The position numbers and the translations under genes are program-made. A DNA stretch of 64,000 nucleotides. It comes from Candidatus Latescibacterota bacterium. GTDB taxonomy: Bacteria > Latescibacterota > UBA2968 > UBA8231. Location: contig OZ242005.1 of assembly GCA_965204725.1 (NCBI GenBank), positions 3,328,001 through 3,392,000 of the forward strand, in the 5' to 3' direction. A model generated the notes under the pieces. It had not been told where the DNA came from. It did not search any database and was given only the letters and a program-made list of their open reading frames with translations. This document shows, in pieces, positions 54,699 through 64,000 of the stretch. The stretch's first letter is position 1. Each line of letters opens with the position of its first letter.

Positions 54699-56468
54699 TT
54701 ACGGGCCGCCTTCTAACCAATCGCGGTCTGCGGCCAAGAAAATCTCCTCGACCTCCAAGTCGGCAAAGGCCGCCGCCCAGTGCGGCCAATCCGCCCGCCC
54801 CTCCTGCTCCTGCACCCGCAGCCGCACCACAAAGGCAAAGCGATTGAGCGCGAACGTCAGCGTGGTGACCTCGCCCCCCTTCAGATCGACCTCCAACTGT
54901 TGGGTCTGGTCGCCATAGCTCAACTCGACCCAGTGCGCCCCGGCGGGCAGATTGTGGAACAGCAATCCCTGATAGCCGCGCTTGAGCAATTCGAGCGAGT
55001 AGCGACCGTCCAAGCGCACCGTGAGATCCTCTGTGATCTCGCTGCCGATAGGGGCCAACACCAAGGCCAGCCAAGCGTCTAGATCGTCGAATGACAATGC
55101 TGCGTCGTCGATAGCTAGCCCCGGCTCTTGCGGGGCCACCACGGGCCTTTGACCCGGCATCCAAGCCGGCGGCGGCAACTGGGGCGTCATGCCGTTTTTG
55201 CGCGTCAGCGCATACACCAAGATGTTGGTCCCCGCCATCAGCGCGTAGGTCGTCGGCCGCTCGTTTTCTTCTTCAGTATAGAAGCTAGCCAGCCAATTTC
55301 CCTCTAACCCCAAATCGCTCAGTACGGCCACCAACTCGCCGTCCATCTCGACTCCCCACAGCCCCTCGGGCGGCGGCAACCCCTCGCCCACAGCACTGGC
55401 CCCGGAGAACGTGGCTGCTTGTGCTTCCTGCAAGGCCAAAAGGTCGCCGCGATTGCTGACGGGATAATACCAAGAGCGGTTGTCCCCCACGTTCTCGCTC
55501 TGCGACTTGTCCTCCCCGGGAAAACCGCCGCTGAACTCGTAAAAGGAGTGATATATCGGATGCGATGGCGGAATGGGGCTCAAGTGCGCCTCAGCCCCCA
55601 AGATCTCGCGCAGGAGGTCGATCATTGCGCGCAAATAGCGGTTGGAGCCTTCGATAAACAGGAACCCGCCCCCGCGCAGATAGCGGCCCAAAAGAGCCTT
55701 CTCCTCCGGGCTGAACATGGTCAGGACATTCTCGTCGTAGGCAGACAAGGTGTCTTGGAAGAGGAAATGGACGGGGTCCTTGAGCAGTTGCTCCGACAGG
55801 AAGTACTCGTAGGTCTGGTCCCGCACCCGCGCCAGCAAATGGGTGTGGTCGCGCAAGTAGCGGCTCAGGGCATTGAGCGCACCGCGTCCCGAGCCAGCCC
55901 CATAGACGCGCAACTGGGTGAAGTTCACGTAGCCGGCCAAGTCGCGCTGGGTCGCCCGACTGCGGATGACGGCGGCGTGGTCCTTGTTGGCCCGGGCCAT
56001 GTCCTCCAGCCGCAAGAGGTCCATCGAGGCGATGCCCATGCTATCGGCCAAGCCCAAAGACGAGGGCGCGATCATCTTTTCGCGCTCCAAGACCGGCGCG
56101 TCTTCCTTCTCGCCAACGCCTATCTCGCGCAATGCCAAGGGGGCCGTTGGGGTCTCTATCTCGGGCGGGGTCGCCTCGGTCTCTAGATTGGGGTCGCGGA
56201 CGTCCACGGCCGGCTGGTCGGCCTGCAGGTACTCCATCTCCACGTTCAACGCCTCTAGGTCTAAGCGGGGCATGGGACTCGGGCGGCGGGGCTTGAACTG
56301 CGGCGGGATGCGGGCGAGACGCACGCGAAAAGTCTCCGCGTCCAGCTCGTCGCGCCACAGGTGTTCCCCTAAGTACAGCGCGGTGAGATGCAAAAGCAGC
56401 GACGCCAGCAAACAGACATAGGCCGTTTTGTGTCTATGCACGGGAGTCTCTCTTTCTGCGCTGCTCAT
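54699..56468 (-). CDS. Membrane-anchored DUF4159-domain protein
   Basis: N-terminal TM (CLLASLLLHL); FSPEEKALLGRYLRGGGFLFIE; PPSHPIYHSFYEF; GTNILVYALT. Confidence 0.75.
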   Translation of the reverse strand: MSSAERETPVHRHKTAYVCLLASLLLHLTALYLGEHLWRDELDAETFRVRLARIPPQFKPRRPSPMPRLDLEALNVEMEYLQADQPAVDVRDPNLETEATPPEIETPTAPLALREIGVGEKEDAPVLEREKMIAPSSLGLADSMGIASMDLLRLEDMARANKDHAAVIRSRATQRDLAGYVNFTQLRVYGAGSGRGALNALSRYLRDHTHLLARVRDQTYEYFLSEQLLKDPVHFLFQDTLSAYDENVLTMFSPEEKALLGRYLRGGGFLFIEGSNRYLRAMIDLLREILGAEAHLSPIPPSHPIYHSFYEFSGGFPGEDKSQSENVGDNRSWYYPVSNRGDLLALQEAQAATFSGASAVGEGLPPPEGLWGVEMDGELVAVLSDLGLEGNWLASFYTEEENERPTTYALMAGTNILVYALTRKNGMTPQLPPPAWMPGQRPVVAPQEPGLAIDDAALSFDDLDAWLALVLAPIGSEITEDLTVRLDGRYSLELLKRGYQGLLFHNLPAGAHWVELSYGDQTQQLEVDLKGGEVTTLTFALNRFAFVVRLRVQEQEGRADWPHWAAAFADLEVEEIFLAADRDWLEGGP

Positions 56469-56520
56469 CAGCGCGAATAACAGTACCTACCTATACAACT
56501 GATTATAACAAAACGGTTTT

Positions 56521-56549
56521 TTGCCAAGAAAACACGTGCTTATTATCTT
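56521..56549 (+). promoter_or_regulatory. Sigma70-type promoter of the pyruvate dehydrogenase operon
   Basis: TTGCCA-17 nt-TATCTT, 43 nt before the aceE ATG. Confidence 0.6.
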
Positions 56550-56592
56550 TGCCGACCTATAAAACGGCCTATCCAAAGGAACTGTTCCAGCC

Positions 56593-59253
56593 ATGAGCAA
56601 TGCCCAAGAACTACAAGCCGAAGTCAGCGAGTGGCTCGAATCTCTCGACTACGTGCTAGCGCATAGGACGCCCGCGCAGGTCCTCCGTCTCCTGCAACAG
56701 CTCCAAACCCACGCCGCAGAAGCCGGCGTCGGCACCCCCTTTAGCGTCAATACTCCCTATATCAATACCATTGCCCGCGACCACCAGCCTCCCTATCCGG
56801 GCAGCCGCGAGATCGAGCGGCGCATCAAAAGCATGGTGCGTTGGAACGCCATGGCCATGGTCGTGCGCGCCAATAGCGACAACGCCAACCTCGGCGGCCA
56901 CATCTCGACCTACGCCTCTTCGGCCACGCTCTACGAGGTCGGCTACAATCACTTTTTCCGCGCCCCCAGCAACGGCCACCCCGGCGACCAGATATACTTC
57001 CAAGGCCACGCGGCCCCCGGCATATACGCCCGGGCCTTTCTCGAAGGGCGTCTGAGCGAGCACCAGTTGGAAAACTTCCGCCGCGAGTTGCAACCAGGCG
57101 GTGGCCTCGCCTCCTATCCCCACCCTTGGCTAATGCCAGACTTTTGGCAGTTCCCAACCGTGTCTATGGGCTTGGGGCCCATCCTTTCGATCTATCAGGC
57201 TCGCTTTAACCGCTACCTTGAAAACCGCGGCCTCAAGCCTCCTGACGACAGCAAGGTGTGGGCCTTTTTGGGCGACGGCGAGTGCGACGAGCCCGAGAGC
57301 TTGGGCGCGCTCACCCTCGCGGCGCGCGAACAGCTCAACAACCTAATATGGGTCGTCAATTGCAACCTCCAGCGTCTCGACGGCCCCGTGCGCGGCAACG
57401 GAAAGATAATACAGGAACTCGAAGCGGTTTTCCGCGGCGCCGGCTGGAACGTCGTCAAGGTGATCTGGGGCGACGACTGGGATCCGCTCTTGGAGCAAGA
57501 CGCCGACGGCCGCTTGGCCCAGCGCATGAACGAGGTCGTCGATGGCCAGTACCAGAAATACTCGGTCTCCGACGGCAGCTACATCCGCCACGATTTCTTT
57601 GGCACCGACCCGCAACTAGCCGCCATGGTCGAGCACTACTCAGACGAACAACTCCAGAAAATGCGGCGCGGCGGCCACGATCCAGAAAAGGTCTATGCGG
57701 CCTACCAGCAGGCCATCGCCCACCAGAGTGCGCCCACCGTTATCCTCGCCAAGACCATCAAGGGCTATGGCATGGGCGAGGCCGGTGAGGGCAAGAACAT
57801 TACCCATCAGCAAAAAAAGCTCAACGAAGACGAGATCCGCCTCTTTCGCACCCGCTTCGGCATCCCCATTTCGGACGACGAGGTCGCGGCCACGCCCTTC
57901 TACCGGCCCCCGGACGACAGCCCGGAAATGCAGTACATCCGCCAGCGGCGGGAGAGCCTCGGCGGCTCTGTGCCCCAGCGGCAGGTGATGGCCCCGCCGC
58001 TGGCCATGCCCGCGGAAACGCTGTGGGACGAATTCAAAAAGAGCTCGGGCAAGCGCGAGTTTGCCACGACGATGGCCTTTGTCGCGGTCATGCGTAAACT
58101 CATGCAAGACAAGCAAATCGGCAAGTTAGTCGTCCCGATTGTCCCCGACGAATCGCGCACCTTCGGCATGGAGCCGCTCTTCCGCCAGTTCGGGATCTAT
58201 TCGAGCCTAGGCCAGCTATACGAGCCGGTTGACAAAGACGTCATCACCTACTACAAAGAGGCCACAGACGGCCAGATTCTCGAAGAGGGCATCACAGAGG
58301 CCGGGTCTATGTCCTCCTTTATCGCGGCCGGCTCGGCTTACTCCACCCACGGCATCAACACCATTCCCTTTTTCATCTACTACTCGATGTTTGGGATGCA
58401 GCGGATCGGCGATTTGGTCTGGCTAGCCGGCGACATGCGGGTCAAGGGCTTTATGGTCGGCGGCACGGCCGGGCGCACCACGCTCAACGGCGAAGGACTG
58501 CAACACGAGGACGGGCACAGCCACCTCTTGGCCTATCCAGTGCCCAATCTCGAAGCCTACGATCCAGCTTTCGGCTACGAGATCGCCGTCATCATCCGCG
58601 AGGGCATCCGCCGCATGTACGTCGAGCAGGAGGACGTGTTCTACTACCTGACGGTTGAAAACGACATCTACTCCATGCCAGAGATGCCCGATGGCGTCGA
58701 AGAAGGCATTCTCAAGGGCCTGTACAAGTTCAAACCCGCTGCCCAAACGAACGCCCCCCTCAAGGCCCACCTCTTCGGCAGCGGCGCGATCATCAACAGC
58801 GCGCTCAAAGCGCAGCGCATCCTCGAGGAAAAGTACCAAGTCAGCGCGGATGTTTGGAGCATCACCAGCTACAAGGCCCTGCACCGCGACGCCCTCGATG
58901 CCGAGCGTTGGAACCGCCTACACCCCGGGGAAAAGCCCCGTCTCAGCTACCTAGAACAATGCCTAGCCCAAGAGCGCGGCGTGTATGTCATGGCCTCGGA
59001 TTACGTCAAGGCCCTCCCGGAATCCATCGCCCGCTGGTTTCCCAACCCGCCCGTCTCCCTCGGCACCGATGGCTTTGGCCGCAGCGAGAGCCGCGAGGCC
59101 CTGCGCGACCACTTTGAGGTCGATTACCGCTTCATCGCCTTGGGCGCCTTGAGCGCACTGGCCCGCGAAGGGCAGATCGAAAACGACGCGGTAGTTCAAG
59201 CCATGAAAGACCTAGCGATCAGTCCGGCAAAACCCAATCCCATTTACCTGTGA
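56593..59253 (+). CDS. aceE: Pyruvate dehydrogenase E1 component (homodimeric type)
   Basis: GGHISTYAS, SYPHPWLMPDFWQFPTVSMGLG, GDGECDEPE ThDP motif, NCNLQRLDGPVRGN, GRTTLNGEGLQH. Confidence 0.97.
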   Translation: MSNAQELQAEVSEWLESLDYVLAHRTPAQVLRLLQQLQTHAAEAGVGTPFSVNTPYINTIARDHQPPYPGSREIERRIKSMVRWNAMAMVVRANSDNANLGGHISTYASSATLYEVGYNHFFRAPSNGHPGDQIYFQGHAAPGIYARAFLEGRLSEHQLENFRRELQPGGGLASYPHPWLMPDFWQFPTVSMGLGPILSIYQARFNRYLENRGLKPPDDSKVWAFLGDGECDEPESLGALTLAAREQLNNLIWVVNCNLQRLDGPVRGNGKIIQELEAVFRGAGWNVVKVIWGDDWDPLLEQDADGRLAQRMNEVVDGQYQKYSVSDGSYIRHDFFGTDPQLAAMVEHYSDEQLQKMRRGGHDPEKVYAAYQQAIAHQSAPTVILAKTIKGYGMGEAGEGKNITHQQKKLNEDEIRLFRTRFGIPISDDEVAATPFYRPPDDSPEMQYIRQRRESLGGSVPQRQVMAPPLAMPAETLWDEFKKSSGKREFATTMAFVAVMRKLMQDKQIGKLVVPIVPDESRTFGMEPLFRQFGIYSSLGQLYEPVDKDVITYYKEATDGQILEEGITEAGSMSSFIAAGSAYSTHGINTIPFFIYYSMFGMQRIGDLVWLAGDMRVKGFMVGGTAGRTTLNGEGLQHEDGHSHLLAYPVPNLEAYDPAFGYEIAVIIREGIRRMYVEQEDVFYYLTVENDIYSMPEMPDGVEEGILKGLYKFKPAAQTNAPLKAHLFGSGAIINSALKAQRILEEKYQVSADVWSITSYKALHRDALDAERWNRLHPGEKPRLSYLEQCLAQERGVYVMASDYVKALPESIARWFPNPPVSLGTDGFGRSESREALRDHFEVDYRFIALGALSALAREGQIENDAVVQAMKDLAISPAKPNPIYL

Positions 59254-59267
59254 GTTCAGACCCCTCT

Positions 59268-60586
59268 ATGCCCGTACAATTCGCCCTGCCCGACTTGGGA
59301 GAAAACATCGAAAGCGGCGATGTGATCCGCATCCTCGTCGCCATTGGCGACCGCCTCGCCGAAGACCAGACCGTCATCGAGCTCGAAACCGACAAGGCCG
59401 TCATTGAGGTGCCCTCTTCCATAGACGGCGTCGTCACCGAAATCCTCGTCCAGCCGGGAGACACCATTGTCGTTGGGCAGCCCATCCTCGCAGTTGAGAC
59501 GACCGCAGCCGAGGCCCCGGGCGCTGAAGCGGAGGAAGCCCCGGGCGTTGAAGCGGAGGAAGCCCCACGGGAATTCGGTCAGCACGGCAAGCGCCGCAGC
59601 TTGGTACCCTTGATTGACCCCCTCAACCCGATTGTACAAGAACGAGAGGCCGCCCCGGTCGCCGAAGAAGCCCCCCCCGCGCCCACACCAGACGCCCCGG
59701 TCCCAGCCGCGCCATCAACGCGCCGCCTAGCCCGCGAGATCGGCGTCGATATTGCCCAAGTCCAAGGCACGGGGCCGGGTGGCCGGATCTCAATCGACGA
59801 CGTCAAGGCGCACTCAAAAAAGCTGCACACAACGCGAGCGGGTGCGCCGGCCGAGGCCGCGCCGCTGCCCGACTTCAGCCAGTGGGGCGCGGTCGAGCAC
59901 CAGCCCATGACCAAGGTGCGCGAAATAACCGCCGAGCGCCTCGCGCAGGCTTGGGCCACCATCCCGCAGGTCACCCAATTCGACAAGGCCGACATCACCC
60001 GGTTGGAAAAGTGGCGCGCCGAATACGGCAAAAAGGCCGAAGCAGCCGGCGGCAAGCTGACGCCGACCGCGATCCTCATCAAAGTGCTCGGCATCGCCCT
60101 CAAGGTGTTCCCGCAATTCAACGCCAGCATCGACATGGCCCAGCGGCTCGTCGTGTACAAACGCTACTTCCACATCGGCATTGCCGTCGATACCCCCCAT
60201 GGCCTGCTCGTGCCGGTGGTGCGCGACGTGGACCAAAAGAACATCATCGACTTGGCGGTCGAGCTGAGCGAATGGCGCGCAAGACGCGCGAGCGCAAGAT
60301 CGGGCCGGCCGACATGCAGGGGGGGTCCATGACCATCAGCAATGTCGGCACCATGGGCGGCACCGCGTTTACGCCCATCGTCAACCCGCCCGAAGCGGCC
60401 ATTCTCGGGGTGGCGCGCTCGCAAGTCGAACCCGCGTACATCGACGGCCAGCTCCAGCCGCGCACCTTCCTGCCCCTGTCGCTGTCCTACGACCATCGCC
60501 TGATTGACGGGGCCGATGGCGCCCGCTTCCTCCGCTGGGTCTGCACGGCATTGGAAGACCCCTTTATCGCCCTCTTGGAAGGCTAA
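59268..60586 (+). CDS. aceF: Dihydrolipoamide acetyltransferase E2, split by a 1-nt deletion near 60271
   Basis: Lipoyl ETDKA and E3-binding GTGPGGRI in the first frame; [21 protein letters not shown] in a second frame; adding one A (AGC GAA ATG GCG CGC AAG) restores a single ORF. Confidence 0.92.
59511..59566 (+). repeat. 24-bp tandem duplication in the E2 linker ([16 protein letters not shown])
   Basis: GAGGCCCCGGGCGCTGAAGCGGAG / GAAGCCCCGGGCGTTGAAGCGGAG / GAAGCCCC. Confidence 0.8.
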
Positions 60587-60593
60587 GGCGGCT

Positions 60594-62009
60594 ATGGATA
60601 AGGTCCAGCTAGCGGTCATCGGCGGCGGCCCGGGCGGGTACGTTGCCGCCTTTAAGGCCGCGGACTTGGGGTTGGATGTTGCCTTGATCGATCCAGAAGC
60701 CCACCCCGGCGGCGTCTGCCTCTACCGAGGCTGCATCCCCTCCAAAGCCCTCCTGCACGTTTCCAAGCTCCTCTACGAGGCAAGAGAAGCCGAGCACTGG
60801 GGCATCCAATTTGCCGCGCCCGAGATCGACCTCCCCAAGCTGCGGGCCGCCAAGGACGCGGTCGTCGCCCAGATGACGCAGGGCTTAGGTCAGCTCGTCA
60901 GGGCGCGCAAACTGACCTACGTGCAGGGACACGCTCGCTTCCTCAACCCCCACACCCTGCAAATCGACAAAGCCGACGGCAGCCAAGGCACCTTGCAGTT
61001 TGAACGCGCCATCCTCGCCACCGGGTCGCGCCCAGCCGTGCCGGCGCTCTTTGACCAGCCGAGCGATCGCATCATGGATTCGACCGCGGCGGTCGCCCTC
61101 CGCGACATACCGGCCTCCCTGCTCGTCGTCGGCGGCGGCATCATCGGCATGGAGTTGGGGCAGGTGTATGCAGCGCTTGGGACCCAAGTTTCGGTCGTCG
61201 AAATGCTGCCCGGGCTAATCCCCCCGGCCGACCGCGACTTGGTCAAACCCCTGCACGCCAAGGCCGCCGAGCGGTTCGACGACATCATGCTCAACACCCA
61301 AGTGACCGCACTCGACGAGCGCGACGATGGCTTAGCGGTACAATTGCAGACCAGCGATGGCCAGCACTTTTCCAAGACCTACGCCAAAATCCTCCTCGCC
61401 GTTGGCCGGGTCCCCAACAGCGAAGGCTTAGGGCTGGAACACACGGCCGTCGGCCTCGACGAGCGCGGCTTTGTCCAAGTTGATAACCAGCTACGCACGG
61501 CCGAGTCTTCAATTTTCGCGATTGGCGACCTCATAGGCGCGGCCCTCGCCCACACGGCCGCCCACCAAGGAAGCCTAGCCGCCGAGGTCGTAGCGGGCCA
61601 CGACAAACAAGTCTTCGCACCCCACGCCATTCCCAACGTCGTCTATACGGACCCGGAAATCGCGTGGTGCGGCCTCACCGAGGAAGAGGCCAAAGAACAG
61701 GGGCGCACGGTCGCGGTGGCACGCTTTCCTTGGTCGGCTTCCGGCCGCGCCACCACCCAAGGCACCAGCGACGGCCTCACCAAGCTGCTCATCGACCCTC
61801 AGACCGACCGCATTCTAGGCGTGGGCATTGCGGGCAGCGGCGCGGGTGAGCTGATTGCCGAGGGCGTCCTAGCCGTGGAAATGGCCGCGCTGGCAGCGGA
61901 TGTCCAGCTTTCGATCCACCCCCATCCTACGCTCTCCGAAACCCTCATGGAAGCGGCCGAAAGCCACTACGGCCCAAGCGCACACCTCTACGCGCCCAAA
62001 CGCCGTTGA
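60594..62009 (+). CDS. lpdA: Dihydrolipoamide dehydrogenase E3
   Basis: GGGPGG FAD motif, GGVCLYRGCIPSK redox disulfide, GGGIIGME, HPHPTLSE. Confidence 0.96.
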   Translation: MDKVQLAVIGGGPGGYVAAFKAADLGLDVALIDPEAHPGGVCLYRGCIPSKALLHVSKLLYEAREAEHWGIQFAAPEIDLPKLRAAKDAVVAQMTQGLGQLVRARKLTYVQGHARFLNPHTLQIDKADGSQGTLQFERAILATGSRPAVPALFDQPSDRIMDSTAAVALRDIPASLLVVGGGIIGMELGQVYAALGTQVSVVEMLPGLIPPADRDLVKPLHAKAAERFDDIMLNTQVTALDERDDGLAVQLQTSDGQHFSKTYAKILLAVGRVPNSEGLGLEHTAVGLDERGFVQVDNQLRTAESSIFAIGDLIGAALAHTAAHQGSLAAEVVAGHDKQVFAPHAIPNVVYTDPEIAWCGLTEEEAKEQGRTVAVARFPWSASGRATTQGTSDGLTKLLIDPQTDRILGVGIAGSGAGELIAEGVLAVEMAALAADVQLSIHPHPTLSETLMEAAESHYGPSAHLYAPKRR

Positions 62010-62127
62010 AGCGCCGCGCCGCGGCAATTTTTCGCTTGGCCCCTTGCCCCAAGCTATTGTATTTTTGAGAGCAAGTCGCGCCGCGGGCGCGTCCAATAGA
62101 AACCCACTTTAAGCCTCCGCAATACCA

Positions 62128-64000
62128 ATGACCAACAAAGCTATATGGGGTTGGGCAACGCTGGGCCTGAGCCTGCTAATTTTGCTGCCGCTAGCGGCCT
62201 ATTTCTACTTTTCAGCCCCCACTAAGGTCGCCGCGCCAGAGCGACCGAGTCCAATCGCCGCGCTGATCGCCGACGACCGCTGCGACCTCGCCTATCCCCA
62301 GCTCACGGCACTAGATCCGAGCCAACATCACGCAGCGCACATCGAGTTCCAGCGGGCGTTTTGCGAGCGCGCCCTCAACGAGCCAAGCCGCGCGTACGAT
62401 CGCTTGCGCGCCCTCAACTTACCAGCCTTGGACGACTATCGCCGCTTCTGGATGGCTCGCTCCCTAGAGGACATGGACCAGACGCACGACGCCATCGCCG
62501 AGTACGAAAACTTTCTCGCGACCTCGACCAACCCAATCCTCCGCAACCCAGCCAGCCTGCGCTTGGCCTCCCTCTACCGGAACGCCGACCAACCCGCCAA
62601 GGCCCTCGCCCTGTACGAGCAACAACTCGCGCAGGACGCCGATCGGGCGCGCGTCCTCTACCTGCTGGCAACCACCAGCCAAAAGCACGACGCGGCGCGG
62701 GCGCAAAAGTGGCGTTTAGAGTTGCTGGAAAACCACCCCCACTCCAAACACGCCCGCAACAGTCTGTCGCACCTGCCCAAGCGGCTCGACGCTCGCACCG
62801 CGTATGCCAAGGCCCACACCGAGCACAGCCACAGGCAATTCAACCAAGCCATCAAGAGCTTTCGGCACTTCATCCGCGCCCACCGCAACGACCAGCGCGT
62901 CGCCAAGGCGCACTTCATGCTCGGTCAGGCCCACCTAGCAGCGGGGCACTACACCAAGGCCGAGCAGGTTTTTCGGACGGTTCACAACCGCTACGGCAAC
63001 CCAGAGGCCCTTTATCGCATCGCCAGTCTGTTGGTCCGCAAAAACCGCGAAGACCAGGCCATTGCCGCCTATACGAGCTTTGCCAAGCGGTATCCCCAGC
63101 ACGACTTGGCCGACGATGCCCTCTGGCAGGCGGCCAAAGCCGCCGAGCGCAACAGCGAGTTCGCCCGCGCCGCCACGCTCTATAGCCGCCTAGCCGAACA
63201 CTACCCGCAAACCGATTACGGCGACGAAGCGCGCTGGGGCGTCGGCTTCGCGCTCTACTGCCAAGAGCAATACGCCCAAGCCCTCGCCGCTTTTGAGCGC
63301 GCCAGTCAGCAGGCGCGTCAGCCCCACCTCATTGACCAATCCCTGTACTGGGCCGGGAAAAGCGCGGAGCGGCTGGGCCAGATGGAGGCCGCCACTGAGT
63401 TCTATGGCCGCGCCGCGACCGGATTCCCGCGCTCTTATTACTCGGCCCGCGCCGTCCAAATGGGCCATAAAGAGCAGGTTCAGTTCAAGGGGCGGCCCGC
63501 AGCTAATCGCCGCCAAGTCAGCCCCGCGCGAGCGCAAAAGGCCCACCTCGAACGCGCTGGTTTGCTGAATCAATTGGGGCTAAGGGATTGGTCGGCGGCC
63601 GAGATGAAGCAAGCCGTCCGCGACTACGCGGGCCAAGAGGCAGCGCTCAAGGTCATCCGCGACTACTGTGAAGCACTCGGCTTTCGCGACCAAGCCCTGC
63701 GGCTGTCGCTGCGCCTGTTCGACGGGCAAGACCCAGAGGAATGGTCTCGCATTTACCCGACTTACTACTGGGAGGAAATTGCGGCGGCCGGGGCCGAAGC
63801 CCAAATCGACCCCTATCTGGTCCTGTCGGTCATTCGCCAAGAGAGCACATTTGACGAAAACGCAGTATCGCGGGTGGGCGCGCGGGGCCTGATGCAGATC
63901 ATGCCCCACACCGGCCTCACCCTCGCGCGGACTTTGAAGATAAAACCTTTTGAGCTACGCGAACTCTTTGACCCGGCCGTCTCCATCCGCTTGGGCAGTT
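62128..64000 (+). CDS. Soluble lytic transglycosylase (Slt-like) with TPRs; 3' end outside the window
   Basis: Not in the ORF track because there is no stop in the window. Frame from ATG 62128 gives an N-terminal TM, TPR/BamD-like repeats, then IDPYLVLSVIRQES..SRVGARGLMQIMP. Confidence 0.9.
   Translation, partial: MTNKAIWGWATLGLSLLILLPLAAYFYFSAPTKVAAPERPSPIAALIADDRCDLAYPQLTALDPSQHHAAHIEFQRAFCERALNEPSRAYDRLRALNLPALDDYRRFWMARSLEDMDQTHDAIAEYENFLATSTNPILRNPASLRLASLYRNADQPAKALALYEQQLAQDADRARVLYLLATTSQKHDAARAQKWRLELLENHPHSKHARNSLSHLPKRLDARTAYAKAHTEHSHRQFNQAIKSFRHFIRAHRNDQRVAKAHFMLGQAHLAAGHYTKAEQVFRTVHNRYGNPEALYRIASLLVRKNREDQAIAAYTSFAKRYPQHDLADDALWQAAKAAERNSEFARAATLYSRLAEHYPQTDYGDEARWGVGFALYCQEQYAQALAAFERASQQARQPHLIDQSLYWAGKSAERLGQMEAATEFYGRAATGFPRSYYSARAVQMGHKEQVQFKGRPAANRRQVSPARAQKAHLERAGLLNQLGLRDWSAAEMKQAVRDYAGQEAALKVIRDYCEALGFRDQALRLSLRLFDGQDPEEWSRIYPTYYWEEIAAAGAEAQIDPYLVLSVIRQESTFDENAVSRVGARGLMQIMPHTGLTLARTLKIKPFELRELFDPAVSIRLGS

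Noticed and set aside
60262-60332. Programmed ribosomal frameshift in aceF
   Set aside because: No X XXY YYZ slippery site or clear stimulatory structure at the shift; a simple 1-nt deletion explains it

Overview
High-GC DNA from a diderm bacterium. The protein families (CRTAC1/ASPIC FG-GAP proteins, FlgD/'FTPNGDG-ND' C-terminal domains, a 'VE..SWG.IK' tail, DUF6785, DUF4159, many PhyH/Gfo/amidohydrolase enzymes) suggest an FCB-group candidate lineage such as Latescibacterota; this is inference only. The ends are housekeeping: efp, a TPR gene and tRNA-Lys(CTT) on the left; aceE-aceF(frameshifted)-lpdA and a TPR lytic transglycosylase on the right. Four things stand out. (1) A visibly more AT-rich ~20-kb block (11.0-31.3 kb) encodes almost only exported proteins: three CRTAC1-like propellers, a TPR protein, a CBM9/DOMON-like protein with its own terminator, three paralogous proteins with FlgD/type-B-CTD-like tails, a 903-aa probable outer-membrane protein, a double-parvulin lipoprotein and an FGE-domain protein. 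It looks like an uncharacterised cell-surface or secretion module. (2) Six REP-like hairpins show compensatory stem changes. One doublet sits directly upstream of a stand-alone GIY-YIG nuclease; two more lie in ~130-bp inverted repeats bracketing a dipeptidase-like gene. Those repeats share TATAGC..TCCTA ends with a 181-bp MITE at 38 kb. (3) A minus-strand cluster contains a DUF6785-type membrane protein and a 1465-aa degenerate-M28/FtsX fusion with no ATPase, and each of its intergenic gaps holds a selfish module. (4) There are several small gene relics (DegT, DUF6785, DUF433) and an XRE-ImmA/PIN pair. No CRISPR array, rRNA, integrase or transposase was seen. All family assignments come from reading motifs by eye, not from database searches.
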